Positions 28,883 to 37,569 of a stretch of 64,000 bases of DNA are shown one piece after another. Source of the stretch: Polynucleobacter meluiroseus (GTDB lineage Bacteria; Pseudomonadota; Gammaproteobacteria; Burkholderiales; Burkholderiaceae); NCBI GenBank assembly GCA_943372325.1, contig CALRYF010000003.1:121577-185576 (forward strand). The letters are read 5' to 3'. Under the pieces are notes generated by a model. That model worked only from the letters and a program-made list of their open reading frames with translations. It had not been told where the DNA came from and did no database searches. Every line of letters begins with the position of its first letter. Position 1 is the stretch's first letter. Made by a program: the position numbers and the translations under genes.

Positions 28883-30217
28883 ATGATAGAGAAAAATTAT
28901 TTTCTACAAGTGCTGCGGGATGAGTTTGACGCTCTTAAAGAGCTTTTTTTCAAAAATAAAGTGCTCATTCTCTGTTTGGCTACTATTCTTATAGTCAGCC
29001 TTTTTGTTATTGATCCCATTCCCGCGCGCAACATCCAAGTAGCCTTTTCAGGATCAGATTCTGGATACGCTTTAATTGCCCGAGATCAGCAGATCTATTT
29101 GAAAGATAGGGGGATAAATCTAAATACCCAAGGAACGAATAGCTCAAGAGAGAGTGCATTACTTTTGGTGGATCCCAATAGCGGGGTTGATCTTGCTTTT
29201 ATTCAAGGCGGAATCTTGGATAAAAAACTTGCTGAAAGTATTGAATCGCTCGGTAGTGTGGCCTATGAACCAGTTTGGATTTTTTATAACAAGCGCATTG
29301 AAAAAAGGCTAGATCATTTCAAGGACTTAGCTAACTTAAGGGTGGGTATTGGCTCTAAGGACTCTGGAACCTGGGCTGTAGCAAAGCAACTTTTTGCTTT
29401 AAACAATATCGATATCGAATCGGACCCTCGTTTTCGATCGGATAGTCACCAAAATAACTTAAACGATTTTTTGAGCGGCAAGTTAGATGTTGTCATTAAT
29501 GTTAATCCGCATATCGATCCCGTGGTTTACCGCCTGCTGCATGAGCCGACTGCATCTTTATTTGAGTTGCCCCACGCGGTGGCATACGATAAAAATCTGC
29601 CTTTCATTAAGGTTGTCACGCTGGCAGCCTCATCAATTGATATTCCAAATCAAATACCGCCTAAGGACATTTCTTTGCTAGCCACGCCAACGACCCTTGC
29701 CGTTCGGAAAGGAGTTCATCCCAGTTTGCAGATGATGGTGATGATGGCAACAAAGGATGCGCAGCGTGTTTCTAATAACTTATTTATAAGTAATGAAGAA
29801 AAATTTCCTGCCTATATAGACCCAACAATTCCTATTAGTGCTGCGGCCACTTATTTCTATGACTTTGGTTTGCCGCAAACTCTCCGTTATTTGCCATTTT
29901 GGCTAGGGGGATTTATAGACAAAATGTGGTTGGTTTTACTGACATTGCTGGCTATTATTTATCCGCTGCTGAATATCAATATCAAGCTAAGAACAATCCT
30001 TTATCAAAATAGTGTTGCGCGCATTCGTAGAAAATGCCTATTTATAGATCGTGAACTAGATCTTGATCACTTAGGTTCTGACCAAAGAAATTTGATACTT
30101 GTACGCCTATCCAATATGCGTGAGAAGTTGTCAACTAAACGAGTGCCTATTGATTCAGAATCAGATTACTTTGATACCTTAAAGCTGCTTAATGATTTAA
30201 TCGCCAAGGCAAAATGA
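28883..30217 (+). CDS. TAXI/NMT1-like substrate-binding domain protein with N- and C-terminal TM helices
   Basis: An N-terminal TM (VLILCLATILIVSLFVI) is followed by a periplasmic-binding-like core. A second TM (MWLVLLTLLAIIYPLL) and a charged helical tail complete the protein. Confidence 0.45.
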   Translation: MIEKNYFLQVLRDEFDALKELFFKNKVLILCLATILIVSLFVIDPIPARNIQVAFSGSDSGYALIARDQQIYLKDRGINLNTQGTNSSRESALLLVDPNSGVDLAFIQGGILDKKLAESIESLGSVAYEPVWIFYNKRIEKRLDHFKDLANLRVGIGSKDSGTWAVAKQLFALNNIDIESDPRFRSDSHQNNLNDFLSGKLDVVINVNPHIDPVVYRLLHEPTASLFELPHAVAYDKNLPFIKVVTLAASSIDIPNQIPPKDISLLATPTTLAVRKGVHPSLQMMVMMATKDAQRVSNNLFISNEEKFPAYIDPTIPISAAATYFYDFGLPQTLRYLPFWLGGFIDKMWLVLLTLLAIIYPLLNINIKLRTILYQNSVARIRRKCLFIDRELDLDHLGSDQRNLILVRLSNMREKLSTKRVPIDSESDYFDTLKLLNDLIAKAK

Positions 30218-31398
30218 TCGTATTCCGGGAAAATCAAGCTAGCTCTCTTCGCTTTCTTTTCCTACTTGCTCTTGCATTAACTTCACTCCCGACGAATGCG
30301 GATGGAGATATGCCGCAAAATCCTGCTATGAGCAGCGCTCTGTCATTTGATGCGCAACCCATTCAATTCGCCATTCCTCAGATTGGAAGTATCAATGTAC
30401 AGGGGGTTGTAACCGGGATTGGTATGCACCAAACAAACCCTGTAAATATTGATAATGCAAGCTTGGTTGATGTGTCCAATGCTCAAGTCATTATTCAGAA
30501 GAATCAGGGATTACTTCAGTTTTATTTGCAAAGCGGGTATTACTCAACACCATCCTTAGGAACCAGCTATCAAAGGGCGAACGTTCAAACTATTGATAGT
30601 TTTGGCGTTGTGCCACTCGCATCTTTATCTTTGGCGCCAACAAGAAATTGGCTTTTTACTATAGGGAAGATCAACTCCTTTGGCGGTTATGAAAATACTT
30701 TTACCTTTCAAAATATCAATATAGACAGGGGTCTATTGTGGAATCAAACTAGCAATGTAAGTAAAGGGCTGTCGGCCGCATACAGCGATGGTGATGTGGA
30801 GGCGGCGATTACCTGGAATGATGGTTTTTATTCAAACCAGCTGAACTGGTTGGGTGCTAGCGTTACATATCACCTAAATGAAAAAAATAATGTGAGCGTT
30901 TCTTGGACTGGCTCTATTAAGGCCTCTACAGTAGATACTTTTATTACGCCACTGGCCCAAAATAATTCACAAATAACTAACGCTATATACACCTATAAAT
31001 CTGACCGATGGTTGGTTGCCCCGTACCTACAGTACACATATGTCCCCAAAAATCCGAGTATTGGGATTTTAAATAGCTCACAAACTTTAGGGGCGGCATT
31101 ACTTACAAATTATCGCTTTTCAAACAAGGATATCGGTGGTTTTAGTTTGCCATTTCGATTCGAATATATTTCTTCGGGTGGCAACAATAGTCTGGGTGCG
31201 CCGAATCTACTTTATGGCGTTGGTAGCGCTGCATGGTCAGCTACGCTAACGCCAACATATCAAGTAGGTAAGTATTTTTTGCGAGGCGAACTATCTTATG
31301 TTCAGGCCATAAACATCTCGCCTGGTTTGGCTTTTGGAAACCAGGGAAATAGCGCTAATCAAGCAAGGGCTATGCTCGAGGTGGGAGTTCTCTATTGA
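30214..31398 (+). CDS. outer-membrane beta-barrel (porin-like) protein
   Basis: It has a signal peptide, alternating beta-strand pattern, frequent Y/G/N/S and an aromatic C-terminal residue. It overlaps the upstream gene in ATGA. Confidence 0.5.
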   Translation: MIVFRENQASSLRFLFLLALALTSLPTNADGDMPQNPAMSSALSFDAQPIQFAIPQIGSINVQGVVTGIGMHQTNPVNIDNASLVDVSNAQVIIQKNQGLLQFYLQSGYYSTPSLGTSYQRANVQTIDSFGVVPLASLSLAPTRNWLFTIGKINSFGGYENTFTFQNINIDRGLLWNQTSNVSKGLSAAYSDGDVEAAITWNDGFYSNQLNWLGASVTYHLNEKNNVSVSWTGSIKASTVDTFITPLAQNNSQITNAIYTYKSDRWLVAPYLQYTYVPKNPSIGILNSSQTLGAALLTNYRFSNKDIGGFSLPFRFEYISSGGNNSLGAPNLLYGVGSAAWSATLTPTYQVGKYFLRGELSYVQAINISPGLAFGNQGNSANQARAMLEVGVLY

Positions 31399-31623
31399 GC
31401 AATGACAGAACCATAATACAGAAGCCTATAAGTGCTACAGGGTTTCTACTAGGACATACCCCAATATCGATTCTCTCTGGTCAAAAATACCTAATTTGAG
31501 GTGCTATAGTACTGCTTAGATTATTAGTTAATCAAAATAAGTATTAATAGTAAATTAAATTTATCAAAATCATATTCGCCATATATTTTTACCTCCCCTT
31601 TTAAATCCGATATTAATAATATT

Positions 31624-32631
31624 ATGAGAATTTTTGCGCTGATCCTATCTTTATTATTACTTGTGTCTTGTGGTGGCGGAGGGGGCTCATCATCGGTGGC
31701 ACCAGCGCAGTCAGCCTGCGTTTTAATAGATACTGACTATGACATTGACGATATGATGGCCATTCCTTTGGTGATTGGAAATAAGTATGTAGCCGGGATT
31801 ATTACCTCCGAGGGTTACACCTATCCCACAATGTCTGCATCTGCTTTGCGTCAACAAATTCCTCAGACTGGCCAAAGAAATATTCCCATCATCGTGGGAG
31901 CTAGCTATTCTGGTGGTGGTCATCGAGAGATTTCTGAATGGGGATGGATTCCTTATTTCCGTGATGCGATGAATCGTATCAATGATCTATTGCCACAACC
32001 AGTCACTGAAGCAGCAGAAAATCCGAGCTATGTTCAAGATGTGGTTAGTGCTACTAGCCAGTGTGGCAGCGTTAGCGTTTTGGTTATTGGCACATTCTCA
32101 TCCTTTGTGAACTATAGCCCTGCAATTCAATCAAAAATTAGTAGCGTTGTCATTATGGGGCGACCTTTATACCCCTCCCGTTACAACACGGATGGCTCTT
32201 TAAATTATTCATTTAATTGTGAATATGACTTAGCAAGCTGTGAGACAGCTTTCACCCAATTGCAAACATTAAATCCAACCTGGGTTGACGTTCCAAGGCC
32301 TCCGCCAACAGACCCTCAATACAGACCCTCCCTTGCAATGGTTAATGGACTTGTCTCATCAGGCCTACCGAATGCCCTTTATCAAGCACTCATGAGTAAT
32401 TTACACACCTGGGACTACGAGCAGATGAAGGTAGAGAATGGCGGCCCTGGCGGTAATTCTTTGATGTGGGATCAAAGTGCAGCTTTGTTTATGGTTAATC
32501 CAGAGGCCTTCTCGCAAAAGTTTGCAGATGGCGGTGGTGGCGCCTATTGGACGCCGGATAAGGTGACTCCGGAGCAGTTAAATCAGCTGTGGACCAATGC
32601 AACTAACAAAGCGGTTAATTTCTATCAATAA
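31624..32631 (+). CDS. lipoprotein, inosine-uridine-preferring nucleoside hydrolase-like
   Basis: The lipobox is LLVSC followed by GGGGGSSS. The N-terminal DxDxxxDD motif (LIDTDYDIDDMMAIPLV ... ITSEG) resembles the IU-NH Ca-binding signature. Confidence 0.5.
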   Translation: MRIFALILSLLLLVSCGGGGGSSSVAPAQSACVLIDTDYDIDDMMAIPLVIGNKYVAGIITSEGYTYPTMSASALRQQIPQTGQRNIPIIVGASYSGGGHREISEWGWIPYFRDAMNRINDLLPQPVTEAAENPSYVQDVVSATSQCGSVSVLVIGTFSSFVNYSPAIQSKISSVVIMGRPLYPSRYNTDGSLNYSFNCEYDLASCETAFTQLQTLNPTWVDVPRPPPTDPQYRPSLAMVNGLVSSGLPNALYQALMSNLHTWDYEQMKVENGGPGGNSLMWDQSAALFMVNPEAFSQKFADGGGGAYWTPDKVTPEQLNQLWTNATNKAVNFYQ

Positions 32632-32664
32632 TTTTTATATTGAATTTGAGTCTAAGAGAGTTCT

Positions 32665-34020
32665 ATGAGCATCAGTAAATTGATCTGCTTACCTAGATTC
32701 GCTTTAGTATCGCAAAAGCTCAAATTCCTCTTAAGCGCTGCATTACTCTCGCTCATTGTTGCTTGTTCTGGCGGCTCTGATTCCGGTACCTCTACAGCTC
32801 AAGTCACCCGTTATGAGGCCGTCTTAGATGCAGGTAGCGGCGGAACGCGTCTGTTCCTATATAAGGTGACCCCTGGTTCTTATCCGTTGGTAGTAAAGGT
32901 GATGGAGAGCGAAAATTCTATTCAGCCTAATGGCGCCAAAGAAGACGGCATTAATAATTTTGTCTGCGGTAACCAGATCAATTATTCTCCCCCTAGTGCC
33001 GTAGCCCCACAGGTGATTGTGCCGCTTTTAGATACTTTAACAAGTACCTTGGCAACATTAAATACGCCTACAAATCAAGTAGCGGTAAATCTACTGGCGA
33101 CAGCCGGAATGCGCACTTCAGAAATTACCTGTGGTCAAGCGGCCGTGAATAATCTCTACGCGATTATTGAGCAATCTATTGTTGCGGCGGGTTATAAGGT
33201 TGGCGACGTCAGAACTTCAGACGGAAATAGTGAGGAGGGCGTTTGGACATGGATCAGTCTGAATGATTACCTTAATAATATTTTTAAAGACCCCGCAAGA
33301 CCTTCCGTTAGTGCTGCACCTGTTGGCGTGGTTGAGGTTGGTGGGTCATCAGCTCAAATTAGCTATCCAACCAATTTATCCCCAAATAGCGCTCAAAATA
33401 TCTATAGCGTTTCTATAAATGGCAACACTTATTCAGTCTTTAATCGCACCTATTTGGGTATGGGCTCAACCGATGCCAGAAAAAATATGCGCGGTACTAC
33501 TGCATCCCCCAATACCTTGTCTAATCAATGCTTTCCTGTTGGTTTAACTGTGGATGGTGGTGACAGTGGTTATGCCAATATGATTCCGCCTGGAGCTTAT
33601 AACTTCACTGCTTGCACTGGTTTTTATACGCCTTACATTACCTCTACCATTGCAGCAACACCAGGCGGTGATCCTATGGTTGGTAATAGCACTGGGAAGT
33701 TTGTAGGAACTGGTGGCGCATACTATGCCACTGATTACTGGAATATAAATAGCGCACCTAATTTATTGCAATCAACGGCTATCTCACAGTGCGCAAGTGT
33801 TACCAACTTTCCTGGTATCGATACGGATGAGAACACGCAAACCCAATGTTCCAATGCTACATACATTAATGCGTTAATTTATAACTCAAGTGTTGGACTG
33901 TTTAAAAGTAACCCAACCCTATTTGAGGGTACCGTTACGCTTAGATCTGGCAGTGGCTCAAACACAAATACCTTTATTAGTTGGACTAAGGGTTTTTTGA
34001 TGTCTAAGTACGGTTTATAG
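32665..34020 (+). CDS. lipoprotein, GDA1/CD39-family nucleoside triphosphate diphosphohydrolase (NTPDase/apyrase)
   Basis: The lipobox is LIVAC. All five apyrase conserved regions are present: VLDAGSGGTRLFLY, LLATAGMR, SEEGVWTWISLNDYL, VEVGGSSAQISY and ISWTKGFL. Confidence 0.8.
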   Translation: MSISKLICLPRFALVSQKLKFLLSAALLSLIVACSGGSDSGTSTAQVTRYEAVLDAGSGGTRLFLYKVTPGSYPLVVKVMESENSIQPNGAKEDGINNFVCGNQINYSPPSAVAPQVIVPLLDTLTSTLATLNTPTNQVAVNLLATAGMRTSEITCGQAAVNNLYAIIEQSIVAAGYKVGDVRTSDGNSEEGVWTWISLNDYLNNIFKDPARPSVSAAPVGVVEVGGSSAQISYPTNLSPNSAQNIYSVSINGNTYSVFNRTYLGMGSTDARKNMRGTTASPNTLSNQCFPVGLTVDGGDSGYANMIPPGAYNFTACTGFYTPYITSTIAATPGGDPMVGNSTGKFVGTGGAYYATDYWNINSAPNLLQSTAISQCASVTNFPGIDTDENTQTQCSNATYINALIYNSSVGLFKSNPTLFEGTVTLRSGSGSNTNTFISWTKGFLMSKYGL

Positions 34021-34056
34021 AATTATTTAATACTTGCCACTTACACCCATATAACT

Positions 34057-35319
34057 ATGAACGCCTTCCGTTTTGCAATTTTATGTTCTCTTCTTGGGTT
34101 GGCCGGTTGTACCGCCATCAATTCAACAAGCTTTACAAACATGTCATCTGCTTATCGTGATGTTGTGGAGGAATATAGCAATACTAATATTCTCTTGAAT
34201 ATTGTTCGCGCTTCAAAAGATATGCCAATGAGTTTTTTAGATATTCCCTCGGTTATTGGTACGGGGAATGTTTTATCCAATGCTAACGTAACTACTAGCC
34301 AAAGTGCGGGAACTTTTGCTACACCTCCCTCAGTCATTGGAGGATCTCTTGGATTGACTGTCAATAATGGCTTTACATTTACACAGGCATCTTTGGATAA
34401 CGCGCAATTTATGGGTTCTTTTTTGAAGGAAATCCCTTTAAATATTTTAGGTTTTAAAGGAACAGAGAGGCTTTTGCCTAGGGCAGTCTCATACTCTATT
34501 CTGATCGAGAGCATAGAGTTGCGTAGTAATAATGCATTAGTGCGCCGCTTTGATAATGATCCATTGGACCGGAATTATGAAGATTTTCAGCAGATCTTAT
34601 ATTTATTGATTGATGCTGGTTTGACGGTTGAGAATGCTACTGATAAGACTCCATTAGGCCCTCCAATTGAAAAGTCATCTCTCAATCGCTCCCTTGAATC
34701 GTGGGGGCCATCCACTATTGATGGTATGGCAAAGGGTTCATTATCTTTGGATAAAGCAATGGTGAATGGGCGGGAAATGTATCAGCTCAACCGAACTGAG
34801 ACTACAACGCGAGCCTGCGTTAACAAATATCGTGCAGAACAACTTTTGGGTGATGCTTTAAGTCCCTCGGCTTACTGCAAAGACTCTCTACGATTAGAGA
34901 ATTCAAAGCAAAAATACTCCAAAGTAATGCAGGATTTTGTGATTAAGAATGTAAATGCCAAAAATATGGAGCTGGCAATTGGAATTCGCTCCCCTGGAAA
35001 TGCCTTTGATTTTTTGGGTTCTGTACTGAATGCCCAGTTTGATAGTGGTGGCTCAAAATTGGTCATGATTAAACCCTCTCCACTTGAATTAAATCGCTAT
35101 GGATCTGGAGCGCCTGATCCACGACCTTTATTCAAGGTATATAGGGATGCAAATTTTATTAATCCAGTAGCAGTAGTTAGCTATAAAGGCGTGACTTATT
35201 CAGTGCCCGACGATGATGGATCCTATACTAAAAATGTTTTAGAGTTTATGTCTACATTAGTGACAATGGCAAAAATACCTGGTTCTGTTCCTTCCTCACC
35301 TGCGGTGATAGTGCGCTAG
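34057..35319 (+). CDS. lipoprotein of unknown function (420 aa)
   Basis: It has a signal peptide with lipobox LLGLAGC and no recognised catalytic motif. Confidence 0.55.
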   Translation: MNAFRFAILCSLLGLAGCTAINSTSFTNMSSAYRDVVEEYSNTNILLNIVRASKDMPMSFLDIPSVIGTGNVLSNANVTTSQSAGTFATPPSVIGGSLGLTVNNGFTFTQASLDNAQFMGSFLKEIPLNILGFKGTERLLPRAVSYSILIESIELRSNNALVRRFDNDPLDRNYEDFQQILYLLIDAGLTVENATDKTPLGPPIEKSSLNRSLESWGPSTIDGMAKGSLSLDKAMVNGREMYQLNRTETTTRACVNKYRAEQLLGDALSPSAYCKDSLRLENSKQKYSKVMQDFVIKNVNAKNMELAIGIRSPGNAFDFLGSVLNAQFDSGGSKLVMIKPSPLELNRYGSGAPDPRPLFKVYRDANFINPVAVVSYKGVTYSVPDDDGSYTKNVLEFMSTLVTMAKIPGSVPSSPAVIVR

Positions 35320-35407
35320 TTACCTTTTGCGTTGCAGCCTATAAAGACTATTTGTGTTCTTAAAGAAGCCCTTATATCCTCCACACATGAGCTATAAGGC
35401 ATAAGAA

Positions 35408-36184
35408 ATGCCTCGCTTAAGGATATTTGCAATTGCTACTCTGACGCTATTACTCCTGATCTCCGTACTTGTATACATAGCAATAGGCTCAAATACTGGT
35501 AAACGCGCTTACTTCAGCCCATCCCTTAATGAATCTAGTGTAAATGCGCTATCACACCTTCCTTTTTGTAATGTTGGCAAGCAATACGGTGTGTCGCCAA
35601 GCGTCCTTGCAGGAGTTGTGCTCGCTGAAAAACAGTTAAATAGAGATTGGACTGATTTAGTACAAGATGGCTTGTTTACGGTTTTTTATTACTTGATGAG
35701 TGAGGCATGGTGGCAGGAGTGGTCGACTCAAAATTTTGAGCTGGCCACTAAAGAATTGGGCGACTGGAATAAGGGCACTAATTGGTCTAAGCAAGTCACT
35801 CGATCAGGAATTATTTTTTCTATAGGCCCCTCACAAATTACGACTAGAACGGCCTTAACTGCATGTCAAAATTCGATTTCGAAGCCTTCCTGGTGCGCGG
35901 CTGGTACTAAACGTTTAATCCAGGTACTGCTGAGTGAGTCTGAATCACTTGAAGTATCGGCTTTGATCTTGGATGTTGAACGGCAAACGCATCTGCAAAA
36001 AACTGGGATTGATACTGGGACTGACCCAGCAAAATGGGCAACCCTTTATAACTTTGGAGGTGAGATTTATCGGGCTAGATTTACCCTCAATCCAGATAGA
36101 CCCCCGAATAGTTTTGGGGGGTGGGTTGGAAATAATAGTGATCAAATTACGAAGTTACTAAATTGTAAAAATACTTTTGAATAG
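35408..36184 (+). CDS. membrane-anchored protein of unknown function
   Basis: It has a single N-terminal TM (IFAIATLTLLLLISVLVYIAI) and a Trp-rich soluble part. Confidence 0.5.
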   Translation: MPRLRIFAIATLTLLLLISVLVYIAIGSNTGKRAYFSPSLNESSVNALSHLPFCNVGKQYGVSPSVLAGVVLAEKQLNRDWTDLVQDGLFTVFYYLMSEAWWQEWSTQNFELATKELGDWNKGTNWSKQVTRSGIIFSIGPSQITTRTALTACQNSISKPSWCAAGTKRLIQVLLSESESLEVSALILDVERQTHLQKTGIDTGTDPAKWATLYNFGGEIYRARFTLNPDRPPNSFGGWVGNNSDQITKLLNCKNTFE

Positions 36185-37484
36185 GGCGCTAAAAGTGCAA
36201 GCCATAACACCAACCAAAGAAGCGTTGCATATTAAAAAAACAATTATCGCCGGCTTGATTGGCAATGCAATTGAATTTTATGATTTTATTGTCTACGCTT
36301 ATTTAGCAAGCTACTTTGCCGCTCATTTTTTCCCTAGCAATGATCCAGTAGCTGCTTTAATTCTCAGTTATGGGGCATTTGCTAGCGGTATGGTTATGAG
36401 GCCTGTTGGCGGTTTATTTTTAGGCAGCCTCGGTGATCGAATAGGTCGTAAATTTGCCTTGCAATTATCCGTTGCATTGATAGCAATCCCTACACTTATT
36501 ATTGGTCTAATGCCTACATATGAGTCTATCGGTATTTGGGCTCCGATTGGCTTGCTAATTTTGCGCATGCTCCAAGGCTTGGCGGTAGGGGGAGAGTACT
36601 CCTCATCAATTGTTTACATGATTGAGCGCTCGCCCCCTAAAAATAGAGGACTCATTGGCAGCTTTAGTCCCATGGGTGCTTTTTTAGGGTTGTTGCTGGG
36701 GACTGCGGTCTGCTTTATTTGCTCGCTAACTCTTGGTAAGGAGATGATGTCCAACTGGGGCTGGCGTGTTCCGTTTTTACTCAGTATTTTGTTAACTGTA
36801 TTTGGTATCTGGGTAAGGTCTTCCCTTGGGCACGATTTGAAAATTTCTGGTGATGATTTAAAGAGCTCACCAGTAAAACAGGTCCTGAAATTACACTGGC
36901 GAGAAGTAGTTGCTGTTGCATTTGCAAATGCATCAACCGGCATTGTTTCCTTTGTCGGGTTTATGTTTATCGTGCCATGGTCAGTTAAGGAGGCTGGCAT
37001 CAGCGTCAACTTGGCCTTGGCAATGAATTTGTTTAGTCTATTTTTAGTTGCTATTTTTTGCGTCTGGGGAGGTCACTTAGGAGATCAATATGGTCGTGTG
37101 CAAATAGCGCGTCTTGGCATTCTGATTTTGCTGCTTGGCGTATGGCCTGCATTTATCTTGGTAAAGATGGGTAGTTTTATCTCGCTGATACTAGGGGGCT
37201 TAATCTTAGCCCTGGGGCAGGGATTTTTTGTGGGGCCTATGTGTGCTGCAATGGCTAGTTTATTTCCTGCAAATGTAAGAATTACTGGTATCGGGCTTGG
37301 GTATAGTTTTTCAGTAGGCGTATTTGGAGGGTTTGCCCCAATGCTGACTGAATATCTTCTGGCTAGACACCATCTCGTCATGGCGCCAGCAATGGTCATT
37401 GCAGGAGGTGCATTGGTGTCGCTGATAGCGTTGAGCTTCTCTATTTGGAAGAATATTGGTAATTTGCTTCCAGAAGAGATTTAG
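36177..37484 (+). CDS. MFS transporter, metabolite:H+ symporter (MHS) type
   Basis: It has GNAIEFYDFIVYAYLA and GGLFLGSLGDRIGRK motifs and about 12 TM helices. Confidence 0.85.
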   Translation: MNRALKVQAITPTKEALHIKKTIIAGLIGNAIEFYDFIVYAYLASYFAAHFFPSNDPVAALILSYGAFASGMVMRPVGGLFLGSLGDRIGRKFALQLSVALIAIPTLIIGLMPTYESIGIWAPIGLLILRMLQGLAVGGEYSSSIVYMIERSPPKNRGLIGSFSPMGAFLGLLLGTAVCFICSLTLGKEMMSNWGWRVPFLLSILLTVFGIWVRSSLGHDLKISGDDLKSSPVKQVLKLHWREVVAVAFANASTGIVSFVGFMFIVPWSVKEAGISVNLALAMNLFSLFLVAIFCVWGGHLGDQYGRVQIARLGILILLLGVWPAFILVKMGSFISLILGGLILALGQGFFVGPMCAAMASLFPANVRITGIGLGYSFSVGVFGGFAPMLTEYLLARHHLVMAPAMVIAGGALVSLIALSFSIWKNIGNLLPEEI

Positions 37485-37569
37485 CACTGAAAAATCCCTA
37501 TTACGCCTATTAGAATGTCAATATTCATGATGCAAATTTGCAATATCAAGATGCTTAGGGAGTCTTAAA

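Noticed and set aside
31399-31623. A very AT-rich intergenic region with ATTAAT/TTAATA-type repeats. A similar region at 53103-53357 has three TTATAAAT motifs. Both were considered as ncRNA or repeat elements.
   Set aside because: There is no stable structure, no terminator and no extended repeat unit. These are most simply AT-rich promoter regions of horizontally acquired genes, possibly bound by nucleoid-associated proteins.
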